From positions 9,596 to 73,595 of the forward strand of contig CABXBH010000001.1 of NCBI GenBank assembly GCA_902510415.1: DNA of 64,000 nt, written 5' to 3'. This DNA is from an uncultured Bacteroidota bacterium. GTDB lineage: Bacteria; Bacteroidota; Bacteroidia; Flavobacteriales; Flavobacteriaceae. The translations under genes were made by a program, and so were the position numbers. Below the pieces are notes generated by a model. It made no database searches. It had not been told where the DNA came from and saw only the letters and a program-made list of their open reading frames with translations. Positions 9,569-17,088 of this stretch are shown in pieces (positions within the stretch are counted from its first letter, which is position 1; each line of letters begins with the position of its first letter).

Positions 9569-11932
9569 ATGGAAAATAACCTGGAAAATAGTTTAAAAGC
9601 CACAATTTTTAAGTATTTAGTTTTTTGGAAGCTAATCTTGTTTTCTATTATTATATTTCTATTTATGGGGTATATATTTCTTCGATATACTCCAAATACC
9701 TTTAAGACAACAGGGAAAATTGAAATTATTGATGATGCAATGGACAGTGAAATGGCACTTCCTACAGCAATGACAATATTTAACAGATCTACAATAAACT
9801 TAGAAAATGAAATTCAAAATATTAAGTCAAACAGATTAATTGATTCTGTTGTGAGAGAGACTAGATATTATACTAGAATCTTTAATGTAGGTAAAATTAG
9901 AAATACTGAGACCAGCGAAATTGATAGCTTTGAGGGTGTGCCTTATGAATTGGATATTAATTTTAACATCGATACGCTAAGCTCACCTGTAAAAATATAT
10001 ATTGAAGTAGATAAAAATGGTTTTAATTTTGAAATAATTGAAAAAAATGAATCAACATTTCATAAAATTAATGGTTATTCAACCGAATATTCTGATAAAG
10101 AACTTCCAATAAATTTTTCTGTTGAAAAAACATATATCAAAGAATTAACTGATAAAAAATATTTAATCATACTTAACCCTATATATCTTACTATAGAACA
10201 GCTTGTGGCTGATATTTTGGTTGAGCCAATCGGCAAAAACAGTGACATATTAATGTTGACTTATATTTCAGAAAACATATATAATTCTGAAAAAATAATC
10301 AATACACTAATCGATCTCTTTGATAAAGATGGTATTAAGGATAGACAGTTGGTGTATAGCAGAACAATCGATTTTGTTGATTCAAGATTTAATTTACTAA
10401 GTGGTGAATTAAACACAATCGAAAATCAAAAACAACTGTTTAAACAAGAAAATAATCTTAGTATTTTAGAAACTGATACTGAAATATCCTTAAATCAAAA
10501 ATTATCATTTGAAAATGAAGTTTTTCTAAAAGAAACTCAACTAGAATTAACTAATCTTCTTATAAGTTATCTTGAAACTAACAAAGACGATTTAATCCCG
10601 GTAAATCTTGGTATTGAGGATTCATCATTGAATTCATTTATTGATAGTTATAATAAATTAATTATTGAAAGAGATAAATTTTTATTTAATTCTGGAAGTA
10701 ATAATCCCAATTTAATTACATTAAACAAGCAGATTATAAGTTTGTCAAAAAATATTTCTAAATCATTGATTAATCACAGAGATAAGCTCAATCTACAGCT
10801 TCAGGGACTCTATAAGAAGAATGACAAGTTTTCTCAAGATTTTTTGAATCTACCAAAAAATGAAAAGCTGTTAAGATCAATAGAGAGAGAGCAATCTATA
10901 AAAGAAGCATTATTTTTATTATTACTTCAGAAAAGAGAAGAGGCTGCAATAAACTTTGCTGTAACAAAACCATCTTTAAAAATAATTGACAGTGCTGTAA
11001 CATCTACAGTACCCAATTATCCAAACAGGATGCTGATTTATTTTTTCTCAATAACTATTGGAGCATTATTCCCTATTTCAATATTATATATTTGGTTTTA
11101 TATAGACGATAAAATACATACTAAAGATCAATTAATTAATACAGGTTATAATATACCTGTAATCGGCGAAATTCCATATTTTGATGATTTAAAAGATGAA
11201 AATAGTGATAACAGATCTCCAGTTGCCGAAAGTTTTAGAATGCTAATTTCAAACTTAAACTTTGTCCTAGATAAAAAGAAAATTGAAAGAAGAGCAAAGA
11301 TCATTCTAGTTACTTCTACAATAAAGGGTGAAGGAAAGACTTTTATATCATATAATTCCGCCAAAATACTGGCCTCAAAATTTGAAAAAAATAATGTTCT
11401 GCTTATAGGAGCAGATCTGAGAAATCCACAGATTCATAAATTTATTGATTATGATAAAAAAACAAAAGGCCTTTCAAATTTTTTATCGTCTGATAATAAT
11501 TCTGTTGATGAATTTATAATAAAATCCACAGACGGATTTTCAATACTGCTTTCAGGGATAATTCCACCAAATCCAACCCAATTGCTTGGTAGTTCAAAAA
11601 TGAATGATTTGATTAAATCCCTTGGCGAAAAGTATGACTATATCATTATTGATTCTGCACCATGTTTATTAGTTTCTGACACTTTTGAAATATCAGCTTT
11701 TGCTGATTCAACTTTCTATGTATGTAGAGCTGCTCATTCTAATATTAAACTTCTTGAATTTGCTAATGAATGCAAACAAACGAAAAAGTTAAATAATATA
11801 AATTTCGTTCTTAATTCAGTTGGAAATAGTGGTATTTATGGCTACAAATATGGATATCAGTATGGGTATCAGTATGGATATAAGTATGGTTATAACTACG
11901 GATATGGCTACGGTTACTCTGAAGACAAATAG
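9569..11932 (+). CDS. wzc: Polysaccharide co-polymerase / BY tyrosine autokinase (Wzc family)
   Basis: Two TM segments flank a coiled periplasmic Wzz-like domain. Walker A VTSTIKGEGKT, A' LLIGADLRNP, B YIIIDSAP. C-terminal tyrosine cluster. Confidence 0.88.
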   Translation: MENNLENSLKATIFKYLVFWKLILFSIIIFLFMGYIFLRYTPNTFKTTGKIEIIDDAMDSEMALPTAMTIFNRSTINLENEIQNIKSNRLIDSVVRETRYYTRIFNVGKIRNTETSEIDSFEGVPYELDINFNIDTLSSPVKIYIEVDKNGFNFEIIEKNESTFHKINGYSTEYSDKELPINFSVEKTYIKELTDKKYLIILNPIYLTIEQLVADILVEPIGKNSDILMLTYISENIYNSEKIINTLIDLFDKDGIKDRQLVYSRTIDFVDSRFNLLSGELNTIENQKQLFKQENNLSILETDTEISLNQKLSFENEVFLKETQLELTNLLISYLETNKDDLIPVNLGIEDSSLNSFIDSYNKLIIERDKFLFNSGSNNPNLITLNKQIISLSKNISKSLINHRDKLNLQLQGLYKKNDKFSQDFLNLPKNEKLLRSIEREQSIKEALFLLLLQKREEAAINFAVTKPSLKIIDSAVTSTVPNYPNRMLIYFFSITIGALFPISILYIWFYIDDKIHTKDQLINTGYNIPVIGEIPYFDDLKDENSDNRSPVAESFRMLISNLNFVLDKKKIERRAKIILVTSTIKGEGKTFISYNSAKILASKFEKNNVLLIGADLRNPQIHKFIDYDKKTKGLSNFLSSDNNSVDEFIIKSTDGFSILLSGIIPPNPTQLLGSSKMNDLIKSLGEKYDYIIIDSAPCLLVSDTFEISAFADSTFYVCRAAHSNIKLLEFANECKQTKKLNNINFVLNSVGNSGIYGYKYGYQYGYQYGYKYGYNYGYGYGYSEDK
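11837..11917 (+). repeat. Strict (Tyr-X)n tail of Wzc: 14 tyrosines at every second residue (YGYKYGYQYGYQYGYKYGYNYGYGYGY)
   Basis: Read directly from the translation. At DNA level it is an imperfect 6/12-nt periodic repeat (tat-ggN-tat-Nag). Confidence 0.9.
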
Positions 11933-11934
11933 AA

Positions 11935-12666
11935 TTAACTAAATATCCTATTTGAATCAATTGCTTTTTCTAATTTTTCAACTTCATTAATTTTTATTTT
12001 TGATTCAAACTCTTTTATATGTCTTAAGTTGTGAATATCACTACCAACAAAGTCAATAAAATTTTCCCTTAGCAATTTATCACTTAGTTGTGAAATGTGT
12101 TTTCCATAATATCCGGTTGTAGATAATAGGTTAAGTTGAAATTTACATCCTATTTTCTTCAATTTATGAAAGTCTTTTAAATTGTTGTTAAACATATAAA
12201 TATACCTTTCTGGATGAGCGATAATAGGGATATAATCATTGAGCTGTAGCTTGAAAACAATTTCATATAAATTAATAGGTTTTGAGTTAAAACTAAGTTC
12301 AATTAAAATATAATTTTTATTTATCGTAAGAATTTGTTTATTCTCGGCTTTCTCTATTAAATATGAGTCTGTAAAATATTCAGTCGCATATTCAATTTCT
12401 AAACTCCCCTTTAAATTAGAATTCACTAAATCATAACTTTTAATTATTTTCTTGGGATTATTCTCATATAAGCCAGGGTATGTATGAGGTGTGGCAATTA
12501 TTTTCTTAAAACCCATTTTTTCCATTTCAGATAATAAAACTAATGATTCCTTTATGTCCTTAGCTCCATCATCGATTCCTGGAAGGATATGTGAATGAAT
12601 ATCAACAAATTCTTCAGGTATCAGTTCTTTTAAGGTTGGTTTAGACTTAAATAAATTAAAAATCAT
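11935..12666 (-). CDS. Tyrosine-protein phosphatase, PHP family (CpsB/CapC/Wzh type)
   Basis: N-terminal VDIHSHILPGIDDGA, then TPHTYPG, AHPERY and GSDIHN. These are the four metal-binding blocks of CpsB-type Mn-dependent phosphotyrosine phosphatases. Convergent with wzc, 2-bp gap. Confidence 0.82.
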   Translation of the reverse strand: MIFNLFKSKPTLKELIPEEFVDIHSHILPGIDDGAKDIKESLVLLSEMEKMGFKKIIATPHTYPGLYENNPKKIIKSYDLVNSNLKGSLEIEYATEYFTDSYLIEKAENKQILTINKNYILIELSFNSKPINLYEIVFKLQLNDYIPIIAHPERYIYMFNNNLKDFHKLKKIGCKFQLNLLSTTGYYGKHISQLSDKLLRENFIDFVGSDIHNLRHIKEFESKIKINEVEKLEKAIDSNRIFS

Positions 12667-12754
12667 ACATTTAAATTAAAATAACTTTTGTTTTTTTTCT
12701 TAAAGTTTTTAGAGACATTATAATATACACTATTTAAATTATTAAATTTGGAAT

Positions 12755-13858
12755 ATGAATTCAGAATTTCCGTTTTTTATTTATTATATAGGTCTGTTGA
12801 TAGCAACTTTATTTCTTTCAAGGTTCATTTTTAGAAAATATATTCAATTTGCAATGAGCTATAATCTGAAAAAACCCACAAATGATAGGGCAGTTCATAA
12901 AGGGATAGTATTTACAGGTGGAGGTATTGTTTATGCAGCTGTAATCATGGTAGCAGCACTTATACTAGATAATTTAGATTTTCTAGAATTTTCAAACTTT
13001 AGTCCAATAATAGCATCATCTATATTAGTGGCAATTCTTGGCTTTTATGATGACTTTGTTGATATTTCAGCATTTAATAAATATATAGTACTTACATTTT
13101 TGATTTTAATGTTGTTGTATGCAAATGCGACTTTACCAATTATTCAAAATTTAAATGGATTTTTAGGAATATATGAAATTGGATATATTCCAGGCTTATT
13201 ATTCACATCTTTCGTTTATTTATCCATCATGAATGCTATTAATTTAACTGATGGAATCGATGGTTATTTAGCTATATTTTCAATTTTCTTTTTCACATCA
13301 TTACTCTATAATTTTGATGTAAACAAATTCTATACTCTTAATACAGTTTCAGTTATTATAATTGGTTGTAGTATTATGTTTCTAAGGTATAATTTCTCAA
13401 AGGCAAAAAAACTATTTGTTGGCGATGCAGGATCCTTATTTATTGGATTTTGGATTGCGACATATTTAATTACTTACATAACAAGTGCTCCCACCTCACC
13501 ACTGGTTAATTTATATAAAATACAGCCTGAGAATATTCCGGTGATAGCAATATCTATGATATCTATTCCAGTTCTAGATACTCTAAGGGTAATGTTTAAT
13601 AGAATTATTAATAAAAAATCTCCTTTTGCAGCTGACAGGAATCACCTACATCATATTTTACTAGATAGTGGTATGTCACATCTTAGAACATCATTATTTT
13701 TGACCGTTATTAATTGGTTTAATTGTGTGCTTATATTTCTTATTGAGCAAAATTTTAACTCAAAAGAGCTAACAATTATATATATATTCATAAGTTTCCT
13801 TTGGTTTATCTCATTTGAATATGTTAATAGAAGAAATGTTAGTCTTTTAAAAGGTTAA
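12755..13858 (+). CDS. Polyprenyl-phosphate N-acetylhexosamine-1-phosphate transferase (MraY/WecA family, polytopic)
   Basis: About 10 hydrophobic segments. NLTDGIDG and VGDAGSLFIGF blocks of the MraY/WecA superfamily. 367 aa. Confidence 0.8.
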   Translation: MNSEFPFFIYYIGLLIATLFLSRFIFRKYIQFAMSYNLKKPTNDRAVHKGIVFTGGGIVYAAVIMVAALILDNLDFLEFSNFSPIIASSILVAILGFYDDFVDISAFNKYIVLTFLILMLLYANATLPIIQNLNGFLGIYEIGYIPGLLFTSFVYLSIMNAINLTDGIDGYLAIFSIFFFTSLLYNFDVNKFYTLNTVSVIIIGCSIMFLRYNFSKAKKLFVGDAGSLFIGFWIATYLITYITSAPTSPLVNLYKIQPENIPVIAISMISIPVLDTLRVMFNRIINKKSPFAADRNHLHHILLDSGMSHLRTSLFLTVINWFNCVLIFLIEQNFNSKELTIIYIFISFLWFISFEYVNRRNVSLLKG

Positions 13859-15341
13859 GTATTTGAATTCTCTTGTCTTGGGGGCTTTTAGAAATATTTA
13901 TAAAAGATTCAGACGAATTTGTTACAAATTCAAACTTTTCATTTAAAGATTCGATAATTTTATTTTTCACCTTAGATGCATAGTCATATGATAATCCATT
14001 ATCGACTAATCTCGCAACTATTTCATTACTGGAAACATTACTTTTTTCATTTAACATTTTGATTATTTCAACCCCGTTATTATCAATATTAATTTTAGTT
14101 GTTAAAAAGAATAGTTCATTATCTTCAAATGTATATAACTTTGCTTTAGAAATTTGTTCCTTTTTTCTAATACCTTTATACAATAAATTAATAATGATTA
14201 TAACTAGAGCAATTAGAATAGGGATAAAAAACTGATTTCTGGATTGTTCTATTTTGTAAAGAGGAATTTCTTCCATTGATGAAAGATCAATCAAATTATC
14301 CAGCCTATATTTGTTAAGAATACTAGTATTTGCTTTTGCATTATGGGGTTTAAATGTATGCACGTACTTATCATCTAATTCATGCATATTTAATCCCTCA
14401 AATTCTTGACCTTTTTTGTTAGCAGAAATGAACGTCCTATTACGATTGCTATATGGATAAGAATGGCCAATTTGTTGGTAGTTAAAGTCTTTGTTATAAT
14501 TATATCTTATTAATTTCTGATCAAGCATTTTCATTTGATAGAAATAATCTTTTTCAAATATATAAAAACAGGTTTCGTAGGGGATTATAACAGGGTTTTT
14601 AGATATGTCTATATTAATATTACCTAATTTTTCCCAGTTGTAAGTTTTAAAATCAAATTTTAAGATTGTTTGATTAAAAAATTGTTTGTTATTAAATGAA
14701 CTATTTCCTCCAACTATATAATAGTTTGAATCAATTAATAGGGAAGAAAAAGATGCTATTCCGTTTTTTATTTCAATAGGGATATCATTTTTGTATGTCA
14801 CTTCATCCCATTGGTTTGAATTACCTTCGTCAAATAATAATAATGCATTATTTGTTCTAAATAATCCATATCCTCCAAAATGATAAATTTTATTATTGAA
14901 TTCCACAATATCTCCAAAAAACTTATTCATGAATGGGAAACTATTATCTAACCTTAAAAAGCTCTTGTCTTTAATGGAAACATCAACAATTAATCCTCCA
15001 CCAGTGTGAAATAATTTAAATCCATTAGTTTTAAATTTTTTAAACTTAAGGTCTCCCATTAACCCATTAATTACTTCTTTATTTAACGAAAAAGAACTTC
15101 TGTAGAATCCTTTCCAAAACTTATTATTTACTTCACTGTCTTTAGGTTGGCTTAGTTGTGTAGATGAAATCAAATTTCCATTTTCTAAGGAGTAGGTATT
15201 AAGTTCTAATTTATTGTTAATTATATATAATTCATTGGATGAAATATCAATCTCATACAAAAACTCTCCATTTATTTCATTTGAATTGGGAGAATTAAAT
15301 CCAACAACAAAGCTTATTATATATATAATTAGACTCTTCAT
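13839..15341 (-). CDS. Hypothetical membrane-anchored protein: signal peptide + Kelch-like beta-propeller + single TM + cytoplasmic winged-helix-like tail
   Basis: Kelch-like blades (KIYHFGGYGLFRTNNALLLFDEGNSNQWDEV; NYYIVGGNSSFNNKQFFNQTILKFDFKTYNWEKL). TM at aa ~371-388 (FFIPILIALVIIIINLLY) followed by KGIRKK. The last ~100 aa resemble an OmpR/CadC-type wHTH by pattern only. Confidence refers to the ORF being real; the function is unknown. Confidence 0.8.
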   Translation of the reverse strand: MKSLIIYIISFVVGFNSPNSNEINGEFLYEIDISSNELYIINNKLELNTYSLENGNLISSTQLSQPKDSEVNNKFWKGFYRSSFSLNKEVINGLMGDLKFKKFKTNGFKLFHTGGGLIVDVSIKDKSFLRLDNSFPFMNKFFGDIVEFNNKIYHFGGYGLFRTNNALLLFDEGNSNQWDEVTYKNDIPIEIKNGIASFSSLLIDSNYYIVGGNSSFNNKQFFNQTILKFDFKTYNWEKLGNINIDISKNPVIIPYETCFYIFEKDYFYQMKMLDQKLIRYNYNKDFNYQQIGHSYPYSNRNRTFISANKKGQEFEGLNMHELDDKYVHTFKPHNAKANTSILNKYRLDNLIDLSSMEEIPLYKIEQSRNQFFIPILIALVIIIINLLYKGIRKKEQISKAKLYTFEDNELFFLTTKINIDNNGVEIIKMLNEKSNVSSNEIVARLVDNGLSYDYASKVKNKIIESLNEKFEFVTNSSESFINISKSPQDKRIQILNLLKD

Positions 15342-15360
15342 ATTAGAAAGAATGATTAGT

Positions 15361-15368
15361 CAAATATA
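15361..15368 (-). promoter_or_regulatory. Bacteroidota-type -7 promoter element TATATTTG (TAnnTTTG) for the Kelch/TM gene
   Basis: Exact TAnnTTTG match on the minus strand, 19 nt upstream of the ATG at 15341. Confidence 0.4.
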
Positions 15369-15376
15369 TTAAAAAA

Positions 15377-15417
15377 TTAATACAATGTCTGGTATTTTTA
15401 ATACAATGTCTGGTATT
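15377..15417. repeat. Perfect tandem duplication of a 20-bp unit TTAATACAATGTCTGGTATT (copies 15377-15396 and 15398-15417, 21-bp period); each unit is an imperfect 7-4-7 palindrome (AATACAA-TGTC-TGGTATT)
   Basis: Read directly from the sequence. Located 36-76 bp upstream of the start codon of the Kelch/TM gene, immediately upstream of its -7 box. Confidence 0.9.
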
Positions 15418-15448
15418 ATAATCAGAAGATTAAATTAAAATGACTTTA

Positions 15449-15458
15449 AATGTCTGGT
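15449..15458. promoter_or_regulatory. Third, partial copy (AATGTCTGGT core) of the 15377-15417 motif
   Basis: The 10-nt core is identical to both full copies and sits 44 bp from the core of copy 2. The flanks have diverged. Confidence 0.5.
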
Positions 15459-15468
15459 TTTTAAGAGC

Positions 15469-16131
15469 TTATACTGACTTTAGTTTTCTTATGATTTCTG
15501 TGGGATTTTCAGCTTTAAAAACATGACTTCCAGAAACCAATACATTCGCTCCATTATCAAGCAGTTTTTTTGCATTATAAACGGTGACTCCACCATCAAT
15601 CTCAATTTTACATTCAGAATTATTACGGTTTATGATCTCCTTAACTGTTTTACATCTTTCATAAGTTTCTTCAATAAAACTTTGACCACTAAATCCTGGA
15701 AAAACCCCCATTACTATTACTAAATCAATAGTATTAATAAATTTTTCTAACACATTAACATCTGTATCTGGATTTATTGCTATTCCGGCCTGTATTCCAT
15801 TTTTCTTGATACTTTTTATTACTTCATGCATATTATCCTTACATACTTCATAGTGAACCGTAAGAATATCACTACCTAATTCGGCGAATTTTTCTATGTA
15901 TTTTTCCGGATTTACTATCATTAAATGAACATCTAATGTTTTTGTTGCATACTGGCTGATTGATTTTAACACTGGCATACCAAATGATATGTTCGGGACA
16001 AAAACACCATCCATAATATCAATATGAAACCAATCGGCCTCACTTTCATTCACCATCATAATGTCGGTCTTTAAATCTGAAAAGTCAGCAGAAAGTATAG
16101 AAGGTGCTATTAATTGATTACCCATTAACAA
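15469..16131 (-). CDS. rpe: Ribulose-phosphate 3-epimerase
   Basis: IAPSILSADF, HIDIMDGVFVPN, HLMI and VNPGFSGQ-like (FPGFSGQSF) blocks. 220 aa. Confidence 0.93.
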   Translation of the reverse strand: MLMGNQLIAPSILSADFSDLKTDIMMVNESEADWFHIDIMDGVFVPNISFGMPVLKSISQYATKTLDVHLMIVNPEKYIEKFAELGSDILTVHYEVCKDNMHEVIKSIKKNGIQAGIAINPDTDVNVLEKFINTIDLVIVMGVFPGFSGQSFIEETYERCKTVKEIINRNNSECKIEIDGGVTVYNAKKLLDNGANVLVSGSHVFKAENPTEIIRKLKSV

Positions 16132-16173
16132 GAAATTTTAATAAAGGTAAATATTAATGAAATCATTTTTAAT

Positions 16174-17037
16174 TTATCCTAAATAAGTTTTTAGAATTTT
16201 ACTTCTTGAAGTATGTTTTAATCTTCTAATTGCTTTTTCTTTAATTTGGCGAACCCTTTCTCTTGTAAGATCAAAAGTTTCACCAATTTCCTCAAGGGTC
16301 ATAGGATGATGATTTCCAAGACCAAAATAAAGTTTTATTACATCAGCTTCCCTAGGGGTTAATGTTTCTAAAGCTCTTTCAATTTCAGTCCTTAGAGATT
16401 CGTGAATTAATTCTTTATCAGGATTTGGTGATTCACCACTTCTAAGAACGTCGTATAAATTAGAATCCTCACCTTCAACAAGAGGAGCATCCATGGAAAC
16501 ATGACGCCCAGAATTTTTCATTGACTCCTTAACATCGTTAATAGTCATGTCTAATTCATTAGCAATTTCCTCGGCACTTGGAGGTCTTTCATGAGATTGC
16601 TCTAAAAAAGCATACGTCTTGTTAATTTTATTAATCGATCCAATTTTATTTAACGGAAGTCTAACAATTCTAGATTGTTCAGCTAGTGCTTGCAGAATAG
16701 ATTGTCTAATCCACCAAACAGCATAAGAAATGAATTTAAAACCTCTTGTTTCATCAAATCTTTGTGCAGCTTTTATCAAACCAAGGTTTCCTTCATTTAT
16801 TAAATCCGGAAGCGTTAAACCTTGATTTTGATATTGCTTTGCTACTGAAACAACAAAACGTAAATTAGCTTTAGTAAGTTTTTCAAGGGCTAATTGGTCT
16901 CCTTGTTTAACTCTTTGCGCTAATTCAACTTCCTCCTCGGCAGTAATCAGATCAACTTTACCTATTTCTTGTAAATATTTGTCAAGTGAGGCTGTTTCTC
17001 TGTTAGTTACCTGTTTGGTTATCTTTAATTGTCTCAT
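16174..17037 (-). CDS. rpoD: RNA polymerase primary sigma factor (Bacteroidota short SigA/RpoD)
   Basis: Regions 2-4 are intact ([48 protein letters not shown]). 287 aa without region 1.1, as in Bacteroidota. Confidence 0.93.
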   Translation of the reverse strand: MRQLKITKQVTNRETASLDKYLQEIGKVDLITAEEEVELAQRVKQGDQLALEKLTKANLRFVVSVAKQYQNQGLTLPDLINEGNLGLIKAAQRFDETRGFKFISYAVWWIRQSILQALAEQSRIVRLPLNKIGSINKINKTYAFLEQSHERPPSAEEIANELDMTINDVKESMKNSGRHVSMDAPLVEGEDSNLYDVLRSGESPNPDKELIHESLRTEIERALETLTPREADVIKLYFGLGNHHPMTLEEIGETFDLTRERVRQIKEKAIRRLKHTSRSKILKTYLG

Positions 17038-17076
17038 AATGAATTATATAGAAAGGTTTTAAGAATAAAAACTTTA

Positions 17077-17084
17077 CAAAAGTA
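17077..17084 (-). promoter_or_regulatory. Candidate -7 element TACTTTTG upstream of rpoD
   Basis: TAnnTTTG match on the minus strand, 39 nt upstream of the rpoD ATG. Confidence 0.3.
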
Positions 17085-17088
17085 TTAT

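Noticed and set aside
12743-12750. TAAATTTG (TAnnTTTG match) only 4 nt upstream of the WecA-like ATG, considered as a promoter giving a leaderless mRNA
   Set aside because: The spacing is too short for the usual TSS position about 7 nt downstream of the -7 box unless the mRNA is leaderless or the start codon is wrong. This cannot be resolved without TSS data, so it is not listed as a feature.
1-13858. Considered whether the EPS locus is a horizontally acquired island
   Set aside because: No flanking tRNA, integrase, IS element or direct repeats are present in the window, and base composition looks the same as the housekeeping part. Strain-variable content is still likely for such loci but cannot be shown from one sequence.
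15377-15417. Considered whether the tandem repeat could be a miniature CRISPR array or a mobile-element end
   Set aside because: There are only two adjacent copies with a 1-bp separator, no spacers, no cas genes, no transposase and no target-site duplication. It fits an operator or duplication, not CRISPR or an IS.
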